The notes under the pieces: generated by a model
The model's input: only the letters and a program-made list of their open reading frames with translations
Databases searched by the model: none
What the model was told of the DNA's origin: nothing
Assembly (NCBI GenBank): GCA_945877035.1
Contig: CAMCQH010000004.1
Span: 3,212-67,211 of the forward strand
Source of the DNA: an uncultured Clostridium sp.
GTDB lineage: Bacteria; Bacillota; Clostridia; TANB77; CAG-508
Reading direction: 5' to 3'
Length of the DNA stretch: 64,000 nucleotides
In this document: piece by piece, positions 1 to 9,118 of the stretch
Layout of the letters: each line of letters begins with the position of its first letter
Position numbering within the stretch: position 1 is the first letter of the stretch
Made by a program: the position numbers and the translations under genes

Positions 1-435
1 CAATATTCTTAGTGGCATTGTATAATCAATTTTTGTCTGGTGTTCTATTAAGAAAAATATATTTTTATTTTTCATTTTATATATTACATCTGACTCTTGA
101 TTCTCTAAACCTTCTGTAACAAAACTACTATTATATTTTTCTATTTGATCTTCTGTAATTTTATTTTTTAAATTTAAAGCCTCATTTAAAAAATCTACTG
201 CTTCGGCTTTTACATCTAGTATTTTTCTGAATATTTTATCATGTTCATTATTAACTTTTTTATTTGTTTTACTACTTCCTAGTATATATTTTTCTGGTTC
301 TTCTTTTAAAATACAAACTTTTTTGTTAAGAAAATTTTGATATTTAATATAGTCTTCATATGTAAATATTTCTATATTTGTATTATAATTCTTTCCTCTT
401 GTATTGTCAATATTTATTTTATAGTTAATATAAAT
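1..435 (-). CDS. Rpn-family recombination-promoting nuclease / PD-(D/E)XK putative transposase, N-terminal part (continues beyond window start)
   Basis: Not in ORF track (edge ORF). Hand translation of the reverse strand gives ...VNNEHDKIFRKILDVKAEAVDFLNEAL...ESDVIYKMKNKNIFFLIEHQTKIDYTMPLRIL, which matches the Rpn/YhgA-like N-terminus from memory. AGGAGG lies at 444-449. The only in-frame candidate start 8 nt downstream is ATT (435), and an in-frame TAG lies at 448-450. Confidence 0.55.
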   Translation of the reverse strand, partial: MYINYKINIDNTRGKNYNTNIEIFTYEDYIKYQNFLNKKVCILKEEPEKYILGSSKTNKKVNNEHDKIFRKILDVKAEAVDFLNEALNLKNKITEDQIEKYNSSFVTEGLENQESDVIYKMKNKNIFFLIEHQTKIDYTMPLRIL

Positions 436-524
436 TTTTATTACCTCCTATTGTTTCAATTTTATTTTTTGTTTTTTGGAAATTTTTAAGAATTTAAAAT
501 TTTGAACTAAATACATATCTATAA

Positions 525-572
525 TACAACAAAACATCGAATTTTGCAACAAAATTTCATCGCAAAATTCGA
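525..572 (-). terminator. Rho-independent terminator of the SASP gene
   Basis: Perfect 11-bp stem tcgaattttgc (537-547) / gcaaaattcga (562-572), followed on the minus strand by a T-rich tract. Confidence 0.7.
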
Positions 573-579
573 CAAAAAG

Positions 580-759
580 CTACTTATTTTCTACTGAACG
601 ATTTGCTATTTCTATAGCTTTAGTAACTATATTACCACAGTCCCTAGAAGAAACACTTGCCCAACTTCCACCATCTTGTTTAACTTGGTCATAAACACCT
701 AACTCTTTGGCAATTTCTTCTCTTAAATTTTCAGATATTAATTTACTATTTCTAGACAT
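580..759 (-). CDS. sspF: alpha/beta-type small acid-soluble spore protein, SspF-like (59 aa)
   Basis: Below the ORF-track size cutoff. ATG at 759 is preceded by AGGAGG. Translation is MSRNSKLISENLREEIAKELGVYDQVKQDGGSWASVSSRDCGNIVTKAIEIANRSVENK. The EIAKELG..YD and RD.GN.V.KAIEIA pattern resembles B. subtilis SspF. Confidence 0.8.
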   Translation of the reverse strand: MSRNSKLISENLREEIAKELGVYDQVKQDGGSWASVSSRDCGNIVTKAIEIANRSVENK

Positions 760-939
760 AACATCCTCCTAACTAATAAACCTTTTAAAGATTTATTAAT
801 AATATTATTAGCAAAAAACTTAAAAATATTTTAACAAAATTTTGTTAAAACAAAAATATTTTACATCAATTTCAAATTAATAGTAGTAAATTTTACCAAA
901 TCGTGATATATTATAATAGACTATTAAAAGGAGATAGAA

Positions 940-2505
940 ATGGAAGTAAAAGAAAAAGAAGAAATATTAAACACAAACAATGCAAATACAATTGAAAAAG
1001 AAGAAGTAGTAAAAAACGCAGAAACTTTTGAAATTATAAATGATAATGAAAACACAAATCACTCCGATGTTCTCAAAATTTTTGGTATTTTAACCTTAAT
1101 TTTCGTATTACTATTATCAATAACCTTTTTCACCTTTACATTAATAAACACTCAAAATGAAAAAATTATCAAAGGTGTATATATAATAAATGTAGACGTT
1201 TCAAACTTAACAAAAAAAGAAGCAAAACAAAAAGTCACAAATTATATAAATTCAAGCCTTCCTGAAGAAATCAAATTAAAGCATAATGATTTTGAAGTTT
1301 CTCTTTCTACATCACAATTATCAATATATTTTAACATTGATGAAGCAGTAGATATAGCATATCAAATTGGAAAAACTGGAAACATTTTTGAAAATAATTT
1401 AGTAATTTTAAAAACATTATTATCCAAAACTGTAATAAATCCTGGCTTTGCCCTTGATGAAGAACAACTAAAAACAGATTTACAAAACATATCAAACAAT
1501 TTACCTGACAAAATGATCGAAACCAGTTACTACATCGATGAAAACAACTTAATAATAACAAAAGGTAAAACAGGAAATGTTATAAAAATTGGTGAATCTG
1601 CAAATTATATAAAAAATAGTATAAATAATTTAAATTTTAAAAACACTTCTTTAGAGTTAATAACTGAACAGCAATCTCCAAAATCAATAAATATAGATGC
1701 TATATATAATGAAGTACATAAAGAACCAGTAGATGCATATTATACACAAAATCCTTACACAGTAATCCCTAGCGAAAATGGTTTAGATTTTGCAATTTCA
1801 ATAGAAGATGCAAAAAACTTATTACAAGAAGAAAAAGACGAATATACTATTCCATTAAAAATATTATACCCAAATGTAACAACAAATATGATAGGAACAG
1901 AAGCTTTTCCAGACATGCTATCTAATTTTTCAACAAAATATGATGCAAGTAATAAAAATCGTACTACAAATCTAATTTTAGCAGCTAAAAAAATAAATGG
2001 TACTGTTTTAATGCCAGGAGAAACTTTTTCTTATAATAAAGTTGTTGGTGAAAGAACAATTGCAGCTGGATATAAAGAAGCTCCAATATATGTGAATGGA
2101 AGAGTTGAAGATGGTTTAGGTGGTGGAATTTGTCAAATAACAACAACTTTATATAATGCTGTGTTATATGCAAATTTAGAAGTAATAGAAAGAACTAACC
2201 ATCAATTTGTACCATCATATGCAAATGCAAGTAGAGATGCAACAGTTGTTTATGGTGCAATAGATTTTAAATTTAAAAACAACAGAGAATATCCAATTAA
2301 AATAACTTGTTCAGTTTCAAATGGAATTGCTAATTTTAAAATTTTTGGCTTAAAAAGTGAAAACGATTATGAAGTACAAATAACTTCTAGAGTAACTGGT
2401 ACAACTTCAACTGCTATATATTCAGAAGCATATAAAACTTTGAAAAAAAATGGTCGTGTTATAAGCACTGAAAGAATTTCAAAAGATACATATAAAAAGC
2501 ATTAA
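940..2505 (+). CDS. VanW-family protein with N-terminal membrane anchor
   Basis: 521-aa ORF with one TM (ILTLIFVLLLSITFFTF). C-terminal VanW-type motif GGGICQITTTLYNAVLYANLEVIERTNHQF. Confidence 0.8.
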   Translation: MEVKEKEEILNTNNANTIEKEEVVKNAETFEIINDNENTNHSDVLKIFGILTLIFVLLLSITFFTFTLINTQNEKIIKGVYIINVDVSNLTKKEAKQKVTNYINSSLPEEIKLKHNDFEVSLSTSQLSIYFNIDEAVDIAYQIGKTGNIFENNLVILKTLLSKTVINPGFALDEEQLKTDLQNISNNLPDKMIETSYYIDENNLIITKGKTGNVIKIGESANYIKNSINNLNFKNTSLELITEQQSPKSINIDAIYNEVHKEPVDAYYTQNPYTVIPSENGLDFAISIEDAKNLLQEEKDEYTIPLKILYPNVTTNMIGTEAFPDMLSNFSTKYDASNKNRTTNLILAAKKINGTVLMPGETFSYNKVVGERTIAAGYKEAPIYVNGRVEDGLGGGICQITTTLYNAVLYANLEVIERTNHQFVPSYANASRDATVVYGAIDFKFKNNREYPIKITCSVSNGIANFKIFGLKSENDYEVQITSRVTGTTSTAIYSEAYKTLKKNGRVISTERISKDTYKKH

Positions 2506-2506
2506 A

Positions 2507-2548
2507 AATTTCGGGATTGGGGGCCAGGTCTTCAATCCCGAAATTTTT
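2507..2548. terminator. Bidirectional hairpin terminator between convergent genes
   Basis: aaatttcgggatt / aatcccgaaattt stem around a GC-rich loop gggggccaggtcttc, with T-run and A-run flanks. Confidence 0.75.
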
Positions 2549-2549
2549 T

Positions 2550-3914
2550 CTACATTGCTAAAGTTCCATTTGGTGTATTAGTAATAACCAAAATATCTTC
2601 TTCCCTACCATTTTCAGAATTTATATAAACTAAAAACTCTCTATCATCAACTTTTCCTTTAAACTCATAGCACAAAATCTCTGTTTTATATTCAGTAGGA
2701 ATAATAGCCAATCCCTCAGAATTTATTTGCAAATCTTTATTCAAGGATTTTTTAGCATTTTCCTTACTAATCTTAACTTTTGAAGTATCTCTTTGAGTAT
2801 GATTATTCAAATAACCTGTTGTCTCAATTCCAAGCACTTCCCCATTATCTAATGCAACTTTTACTTTAATTAAATCTGAATAAATAACTACATCATTTTG
2901 AGTATAAGCATAATTTATAGTAACTATTCCATCTTGTTTTAAATAATAAGTTTCTTTCATATCTTTAAAACCATGATTACTTAAAAACTCTTTTCCTTTT
3001 GCATTTGCTTCTTCTTGTGAAATTACTTCTGTATTAACACTTCTATTTGAATTCATATATACAATATGTCCACCCTTTTTAGAAATTGAAATATTAACAC
3101 TATCTTCTGCTGAAGTTTTTATAGAAAAATTGTATTCAGGTATTGTTGCATTTTCAGAATATCCTAAATTTTCTACTTCTTTAACATTATCTTTTCCTAT
3201 AAAATCAATCGCTTTTTGTTTAGCAGTTTCTTCATCTATATCATCACCAGTTAATCCTTTTGGTTCACTACTTGTCAAATGTTCAGAAAATGCACCATCA
3301 TATATTAACCCTGAATATTCATGGAAATTTTCTTCCAAATTGCTAAATCCTTCTAAAGAACTTGTACTTACTTGTTGTGCAAATGCTGTTGTTCCTTTAT
3401 TTGTAAGTTCATTCCACTTAATTCTTCCAGAATTTATATCATCTGATAATTGATTTAAAGTATTTTCCAATTCAACACTATATGTGTGTAAATCTTTTAA
3501 ATTTTTTAAATCTTCATCTGTTAAGCTTTCATTATAAATATTTTTTCTTGATAAAGAATAACTATAATCACTAACTTGATTTAAAAATTTTTCAGTGTTT
3601 TCTAATTCTTGACTTTCAATTGGTAATTGTGACAAATAAGCTTGTGCTAAATTTGCCTCTCTCCATACATTTGTTAAAGTTTCTGCTCCATGCTCTGGAG
3701 TACTTGAAATTAATGATTTAGCAAGATATGTTTCAACATTTTGAACATAATCTACTAATTCATAAAATGCCATATTATAAGAATTTTCTGATGCTTGTTT
3801 TGCATTTTTTTGATTTTTTATTAAAACTGCTGCTAAAACAATTATCACCATTAAAGCTATAAAAATAATACTTAACATATGAGCCTTTTTTAATCTATTT
3901 ACCCAATCTTTCAT
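2550..3914 (-). CDS. ypeB: germination protein YpeB (PepSY-domain membrane protein)
   Basis: 454 aa with an N-terminal TM. Size, architecture and position immediately downstream of the sleB-like gene fit the classic sleB-ypeB operon. Confidence 0.8.
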   Translation of the reverse strand: MKDWVNRLKKAHMLSIIFIALMVIIVLAAVLIKNQKNAKQASENSYNMAFYELVDYVQNVETYLAKSLISSTPEHGAETLTNVWREANLAQAYLSQLPIESQELENTEKFLNQVSDYSYSLSRKNIYNESLTDEDLKNLKDLHTYSVELENTLNQLSDDINSGRIKWNELTNKGTTAFAQQVSTSSLEGFSNLEENFHEYSGLIYDGAFSEHLTSSEPKGLTGDDIDEETAKQKAIDFIGKDNVKEVENLGYSENATIPEYNFSIKTSAEDSVNISISKKGGHIVYMNSNRSVNTEVISQEEANAKGKEFLSNHGFKDMKETYYLKQDGIVTINYAYTQNDVVIYSDLIKVKVALDNGEVLGIETTGYLNNHTQRDTSKVKISKENAKKSLNKDLQINSEGLAIIPTEYKTEILCYEFKGKVDDREFLVYINSENGREEDILVITNTPNGTLAM

Positions 3915-3937
3915 TTAAAATCTTCCCTTCTTATTTT

Positions 3938-4411
3938 TTACTTACAAAATCTGTGTTTTCCAATAGTTTTCACTAACGGCCTAGACCAAATCCACTTATT
4001 TGTAGCAGTACTTGGATTAAAATAATACACACATCCACCAGTAGGATCCCAACCATTCATAGCATCTTGAGCTGCCTTATAAACTGTAGAACCTTCAGAA
4101 ATTTGAGCATTTATTTGTCCATCAGCAACTGCTGTAAAAGCCCCTGACTGATAAATAACACCTGAAATACTATTTGGGAATCTAGAATCTTTTACCCTAT
4201 TTAATATAACTGCACCAACAGCAACTTGTCCTTCATATGGTTCTCCCCTAGCTTCACCATTTATTGCCCTTGCCATTAATTGAATATCAGATGTATTTGA
4301 ACTTTTTGCCAAACTAACTGTACTTACATCACCCTTATCCACAATAAATATACAAATTGTGGATAACATCGCTAAAAATATAATTAAAAATATTTTAATA
4401 ATCTTTTTCAC
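3938..4411 (-). CDS. sleB: spore cortex-lytic enzyme / cell wall hydrolase, SleB-CwlJ family
   Basis: 157 aa with a signal/TM segment. Motif ARAINGEARGEPYEGQVAVGAVILNRVKDSRFPNSISGVIYQSGAFTAV is typical of the Hydrolase_2 (SleB/CwlJ) domain. Confidence 0.85.
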   Translation of the reverse strand: MKKIIKIFLIIFLAMLSTICIFIVDKGDVSTVSLAKSSNTSDIQLMARAINGEARGEPYEGQVAVGAVILNRVKDSRFPNSISGVIYQSGAFTAVADGQINAQISEGSTVYKAAQDAMNGWDPTGGCVYYFNPSTATNKWIWSRPLVKTIGKHRFCK

Positions 4412-4562
4412 AACTTTCTCCTTTTTTACAATTTAATTTATTACATATTAACTTCATTTATATTTTGTATAAAAAATTGAAAAATATACCACATTTGAAA
4501 TATTTTTTTTAATATGTTAAAATTAAGATAGCTGTTTGAGCGAAGTGAGAGGAGAACTATTT

Positions 4563-5691
4563 ATGAAAAAAATTTTAATTTTTTATGCATCATATGGTGG
4601 TGGACATTTAAATGCCGCAAAATCAATAAAAGAATGCATTGATGCTAATTACATAAATTGTGAAACAGAATTAATAGATTGTATGAAATATGTCAATAAA
4701 CCAATAGAAAAAATTACAACTGCCGCATATAGAGAAATGGCAAAAAAAGTTCCATGGGCATGGGGAAAAATTTATACAGATTCTCAAAAAGGACCTTTAG
4801 CACATATTTCATCAAGGTCAAATCAAATATTAGCCATAAAACTTTTAAAATTATTAAGAGAAAAACAACCTGATTTAATAATTTCAACACATCCATTTGG
4901 AAGTCAAATGTGTAGCTACTTAAAAAGAAAAGAAAAATTTACAGCAGAAATTGCAACAATAATGACAGATTTTTCTCCACATGATCAATGGCTAGTACGG
5001 AAATGAACATACAGATTATTTTTTTGTTGCAAATAATAAAATGAAAAATTATTTAATATCAAAAAATATTCCAGAGGATAAAGTATTTGTAACAGGAATT
5101 CCAATTTCATCAAGATTTTTACAAAAATATAATAAACAAGAAATTTTAGATGAATTTAATTTACAAAATAATAAAAAAACAATTCTATTTTTCGGAGGCG
5201 GAGAATTTGGACTTGGAAAAGCAAAAACCTTTGAAATTTTTGAAACTTTAGTTAAAGATTTTAATGACATCCAAATAATCGCTATAGCTGGAAAAAATGA
5301 AAAAATGAAATTAAAATTTGAAAAAATTGTACAAGAAAACAATAAACAAGATTATGTAAAGATTTTAGAATATACTAATAAAGTTCCAGAATTAATGGCA
5401 ATATCAGATTTAGTTGTCTCAAAACCAGGAGGATTAACAACATCTGAAAGTCTTGCATCTAATTTACCTATGATTATAATAAACCCTATTCCCGGTCAAG
5501 AGGAAGAAAATGCAGAATTTTTAGAAGAAAAAGGTATCGGAATTTGGATTAGAAAAAATGATTCAACTTATGAAATATTTCAGGATTTATTCTCTAATCC
5601 TGAAATATTAGAAGAAATGAAAAAAAATACAGAAATTTTAGCAAAAAAACATTCAACTGAAGACATTTGCAAAATAATTTTGTCCCATTAA
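4563..5691 (+). pseudogene. UgtP/MGDG-synthase-like diacylglycerol glycosyltransferase, interrupted by a +1 frameshift near 5001-5006
   Basis: N-terminal ORF (MKKILIFYASYGGGHLNAA...MTDFSPHDQWLVRK*) and C-terminal ORF (5041-5691, ...VFVTGIPISSRF...SKPGGLTTSE...) are the two halves of one GT28-type enzyme. Deleting one A of the run at 5001-5003 restores ...HDQWLVRNEHTDYFFVANNKMKNYL.... ATG 4563 follows GAGGAG. Confidence 0.75.
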
Positions 5692-5719
5692 GGACGGTTC
5701 TTTCTGGGACATTAAATTT
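5681..5719. repeat. GC-rich palindromic intergenic element (TGTCCCA...GGACGGTTCTTT...TGGGACA family)
   Basis: tgtcccattaaggacggttctttctgggacattaaattt overlaps the stop codon of the glycosyltransferase. Related copies are at 6051-6103, 27581-27693 and 32068-32108. Confidence 0.8.
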
Positions 5720-5793
5720 TCTTAAATGGAGCAGCGGAGAAATCAATAAATTATTACCTTTTGGAAGGGCTTATTTTAAAACTGTGAATTGTA
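5717..5793. repeat. 77-bp dispersed repeat, copy 1 (copy 2 at 9271-9347)
   Basis: ttttcttaaatggAgcagcggagaaatcaataaattattacctt...attttaaaactgtgaattgta. By hand alignment 70/77 positions are identical to 9271-9347. Confidence 0.85.
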
Positions 5794-5850
5794 GCTAGAT
5801 ATTGTAACAAATATATAAAAAACACATAAAATACTTTAGAGGTGTATTTT

Positions 5851-6042
5851 ATGTGTTTTTCTGATTTATCAAGTTGTAATTTAATAGGACTTGCAAGTAG
5901 CCTTGCAATTACAGTCGGTGAAAATTTAACTTCAGATGAAGCAGCAATCTTAGCTGCATTTTTTACAGCATTTGCCGATAATCTCGCAATAATTGCAACA
6001 ACAAAATCAAGAGATGAATCACAAGATACAAATATATTTTAA
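5851..6042 (+). CDS. small hypothetical protein (63 aa), Ala/Leu-rich
   Basis: ATG 5851 lies 9 nt after AGAGG. The sequence ...LAITVGENLTSDEAAILAAFFTAFADNLAIIATT... resembles small clostridial proteins of unknown function from memory. Confidence 0.45.
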   Translation: MCFSDLSSCNLIGLASSLAITVGENLTSDEAAILAAFFTAFADNLAIIATTKSRDESQDTNIF

Positions 6043-6050
6043 ATCAAGAT

Positions 6051-6103
6051 CTGTCCCTTTTGGACAAAATGTCCAAAAAGAACCGTCCCCTTTGGACATT
6101 AAA
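6051..6103. repeat. GC-rich palindromic intergenic element (same family as 5681-5719, inner loop in opposite orientation)
   Basis: ctgtcccttttggacaaaatgtccaaaaagaaccgtcccctttggacattaaatttc overlaps the recR stop codon. Confidence 0.8.
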
Positions 6104-6698
6104 TTTCTCTTCTTCCCTCTAAAGCTTTAGTCAAAGTAATTTCATCAGTATATTCTAAATCTCCACCAACAGGAATTCCATGAGCTATTCTAGTAACTTT
6201 AATTCCTAATGGCTTAATCAATTTAGATAAATACATAGCAGTTGCTTCTCCTTCTACTCTAGGATTTGTAGCAAGTATAACTTCTTTAACTTGTCCGTCC
6301 ATAAGTCTTGAAAGCAATTCTTTAATTTTTATATCATCTGGTCCAACTCCATTCATTGGCGAAATAGAACCATGTAATACATGATAAACACCTTTAAATT
6401 CGTGCGTTTTTTCCATAGCAACAATATCTCTTACATCCTCAACAACACATATTGATGACTGGTCTCTTTTAGGGCTAGAGCATATTGGACATGGGTCTGT
6501 ATCAGATATATTATAACATTTACTACAATATTTTAAATTTTTCTTTGCCTCTACTATTGAATTTATAAATTCATTTGTTTCTTGTTCTGAACAATTCAAA
6601 ATATAAAAGGCAAGCCTAGCAGCAGTTTTATGTCCTATGCTAGGCAATTTTTCAAAACTTTCGATTAATTTTTCTATTGATGGTGAATATAATGACAT
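6099..6698 (-). CDS. recR: recombination protein RecR
   Basis: 199 aa with a C4 zinc finger ([18 protein letters not shown]) and a Toprim-like segment ([16 protein letters not shown]). Conserved dnaX-ybaB-recR synteny. Confidence 0.95.
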   Translation of the reverse strand: MSLYSPSIEKLIESFEKLPSIGHKTAARLAFYILNCSEQETNEFINSIVEAKKNLKYCSKCYNISDTDPCPICSSPKRDQSSICVVEDVRDIVAMEKTHEFKGVYHVLHGSISPMNGVGPDDIKIKELLSRLMDGQVKEVILATNPRVEGEATAMYLSKLIKPLGIKVTRIAHGIPVGGDLEYTDEITLTKALEGRREI

Positions 6699-6715
6699 TT
6701 GCCTTCTCCTTTTAA

Positions 6716-7060
6716 CTACATTAACCCAGGAATATTGAATTTTCCAAGTTCTTGACTTTGTGCAGAATCAACTTTTCTTAAAGCCTCATTTACACAAGTT
6801 AAAATTAAATCCTCTAACATTTCTACATCATCTGGATCAACAACATCTGGTTTAATTTTAATTTCTTTTATTACCTTTTCACCAGTAACTTTTACACTAA
6901 TAGCACCACCACCAGCTGTGCTATCAAACTCTTTTGTAGCTAGCTCCTCTTGTGATTTTTGCATTTCTGCTTGCATTTTTTTGGCTTCTTTCATTAAATT
7001 ATTTATATTCATTCCGCCAAAACCTCCCATTCCACCTGGGAAACCTCCTCTTTTAGACAT
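6716..7060 (-). CDS. ybaB: nucleoid-associated protein YbaB/EbfC
   Basis: Start moved to ATG 7060 (GGGAGG RBS), giving 114 aa: [35 protein letters not shown]...GKFNIPGLM. This is the typical YbaB pattern and synteny. Confidence 0.9.
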   Translation of the reverse strand: MSKRGGFPGGMGGFGGMNINNLMKEAKKMQAEMQKSQEELATKEFDSTAGGGAISVKVTGEKVIKEIKIKPDVVDPDDVEMLEDLILTCVNEALRKVDSAQSQELGKFNIPGLM

Positions 7061-7104
7061 TTTAAATTCCTCCCTTTCTCTTAGTTTAACTTCCTTTTTT
7101 TTCT

Positions 7105-7165
7105 CGGCATTGCGTTTGGAAAAATGGATTTTAAATTTTAATATATCAACATTTAGAACGGCTAA
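7105..7165. repeat. 60-bp dispersed repeat (second copy 19008-19070; partial inverted copy 18905-18935)
   Basis: ggcattgcgtttggaaaaatgGattttaaattttaatatatcaacatttagaacggct compared with ggcattgcgtttggaaaaatgAattttaaatttaaatatatcaacattttgaacagct. Confidence 0.8.
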
Positions 7166-7190
7166 TTTATAACAAAGCAACCATTAAAAT

Positions 7191-8849
7191 TTAATCTATA
7201 ACATTAACTGGTATATCAGACTCATTTGCCAATTTTAGAATATCATCCTCTGGATTATGCTGTGTTACTTGACTTTGTGCATCTGAAATATATTTTATCT
7301 GCATATTCTTACCACAAGCCATTGAAACCAAATTAGAAATTTCTTTTATATTTTCCTGCTTATCTAACACAGTTTTACCAAAAGCTGTTATACCTTTTGG
7401 AAATTTAATTCCAACAGTTGAATCATTTATTTGCTCTGCTTTTGTATTCATCAAATTAGTGTACAAAACTATTTTTCCATTTTGTTTTAAATCATTTACT
7501 ATTTTAGGCCAACTTTTATTTAAATCACTTGAATAGCTTTTAGTGCTAGTCATAACATTTTTAGTACTTGATGTCATTACTGAACCACTTGTATTTTTAT
7601 TTTGCGTACTAATTTCTGACTTATTTTGCCTTTGTATTCCTGAATTATTCAAATTCGTTCCTGCCATTTGAACTGGAACTGATTGCATATTGGACTGCAT
7701 AGAAATTTTACCAGATTTTAAATAATTTTCAATCTTTTCAACTCTTTCTTCTATGTCTCCACCGCTTCCAACTTCTTTACTACATAATTTAATTATTCCA
7801 GCTTGGAACACTATAGTTTTTTGAGTTGACCACTTCATATCATTTTCTAAATTTGATAATTCATAAATCAAATTAACTAGCTTTTCTTTTGTAACTTTTT
7901 CAGCTATATTTTTTATATTTTGAACTTCCTCTTCACTATATAAATCCACCTTTCCAGATGACTTATATACCAAAATATCTTTTACATATTTAATAATTTC
8001 CCATAAAAAATTATTTAAATCTTTTCCTTGATTTAGTATCTCATCCATTGCATTTAAAGCTTTATCTATATCATATTCAATAATTGCCTCTGTAATACCA
8101 TGAACATAAGTTATTTTTGGAATTCCAACTAAATCTTTAATTTTATCTTCATCAATTTTATTCTCTCCATCTTGCACACATCTCTCTAAAATTGATAAAG
8201 CATCTCTCATAGCCCCTTCAGATAAAACAGCTATAATTTTTAAAGCTCCATCAGTAATTTCTATATTACTCTCTTCGCAAACAATTTTTAATCTTTTTAT
8301 AATATCTTCATCAGATATTCTTTTAAAATCAAATCTTTGACATCTAGAAAGTATAGTTGCTGGTAACTTTTGAGGCTCTGTTGTTGCCAAAATAAATTTA
8401 ACATGTTCTGGTGGTTCTTCAAGTGTTTTAAGCAATGCATTAAATGCACCAGGTGAAAGCATATGAACCTCATCTATAATATATACTCTGTATTTTGCTT
8501 TTGTAGGTAGAAAATTAACCTCTTCACGGATACTTCTAATATCTTCAACACTATTATTTGAAGCAGCATCCATTTCTACAATATCTGTAAGTGAGCCATT
8601 AAGTGCCCCCTTGCAAATTTCACACTCATTACAAGGCTCTCCATCTTTTGGATTTAAACAATTTATTGCTCTTGCCAAAATTTTTGCAGAAGATGTTTTT
8701 CCAGTACCTCTTCCACCATTAAATAAATATGCATGCCCAACTCTATCAGCCATAATTTGATTTTTTAGAGTTCTTGTAATATGTTCTTGTCCAACAAGTT
8801 CTGAAAATGTAATCGGTCTAAATTTTCTATAAAGAGCTGTGTACCCCAT
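7191..8849 (-). CDS. dnaX: DNA polymerase III subunit gamma/tau
   Basis: 552 aa with Walker A GGRGTGKTS, a zinc module CNECEICKG, the clamp-loader motif SRCQRFDF, and conserved synteny. Confidence 0.95.
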   Translation of the reverse strand: MGYTALYRKFRPITFSELVGQEHITRTLKNQIMADRVGHAYLFNGGRGTGKTSSAKILARAINCLNPKDGEPCNECEICKGALNGSLTDIVEMDAASNNSVEDIRSIREEVNFLPTKAKYRVYIIDEVHMLSPGAFNALLKTLEEPPEHVKFILATTEPQKLPATILSRCQRFDFKRISDEDIIKRLKIVCEESNIEITDGALKIIAVLSEGAMRDALSILERCVQDGENKIDEDKIKDLVGIPKITYVHGITEAIIEYDIDKALNAMDEILNQGKDLNNFLWEIIKYVKDILVYKSSGKVDLYSEEEVQNIKNIAEKVTKEKLVNLIYELSNLENDMKWSTQKTIVFQAGIIKLCSKEVGSGGDIEERVEKIENYLKSGKISMQSNMQSVPVQMAGTNLNNSGIQRQNKSEISTQNKNTSGSVMTSSTKNVMTSTKSYSSDLNKSWPKIVNDLKQNGKIVLYTNLMNTKAEQINDSTVGIKFPKGITAFGKTVLDKQENIKEISNLVSMACGKNMQIKYISDAQSQVTQHNPEDDILKLANESDIPVNVID

Positions 8850-8935
8850 ATTCTCACATCCTTTATAATCGTCCCTAATTTATACTGATTTATAATTTTT
8901 TATATAAAACACAAATATGACTTATATAAAACAGA

Positions 8936-9083
8936 AAAATCCTATATATAGTATAAAATTTAATCCCTCTATAGAGAGCACTCCACATAAAGATTATCTA
9001 CTTATTGCTGCTTCCTTCCGGACCTGACAAGGTTCGTAGGTCTCTATTGGATTACTCTCTATACAAAGATTAAATCTTATACC
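8936..9083 (-). ncRNA. ffs: signal recognition particle RNA (short, 4.5S-like form)
   Basis: The minus strand contains the universal domain IV motif GTCAGGTCCGGAAGGAAGCAGC (about 9006-9027). It is embedded in a long hairpin (GGTATAAGATTTAATC...GATTAAATTTTATACT; GTATAGAGAG...CTCTCTATAGAG). Position upstream of dnaX matches Bacillus. A consensus promoter ends 6 nt upstream, and a T-run follows the 3' end. Ends are approximate. Confidence 0.8.
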
Positions 9084-9089
9084 TTTTTT

Positions 9090-9118
9090 ATTATATAATG
9101 ACTTCACTAAATTATCAA
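9090..9118 (-). promoter_or_regulatory. sigma-A type promoter of the SRP RNA
   Basis: Minus strand reads TTGATA (9113-9118), 17 nt, TATAAT (9090-9095), then 6 nt to the G at 9083. Confidence 0.7.

Noticed and set aside
760-870. Sigma-G type promoter upstream of the SASP gene.
   Set aside because: I could not find a convincing GnATR-17/18-CATnnTA arrangement by eye, so no promoter is annotated.
5004-5006. Reading the TGA at 5004 as a sense codon (genetic code 4 or 25) instead of a frameshift.
   Set aside because: Read-through in that frame hits TAA after 10 codons and loses homology. The +1 frame restores the conserved D.YFVA...GIPI sequence.
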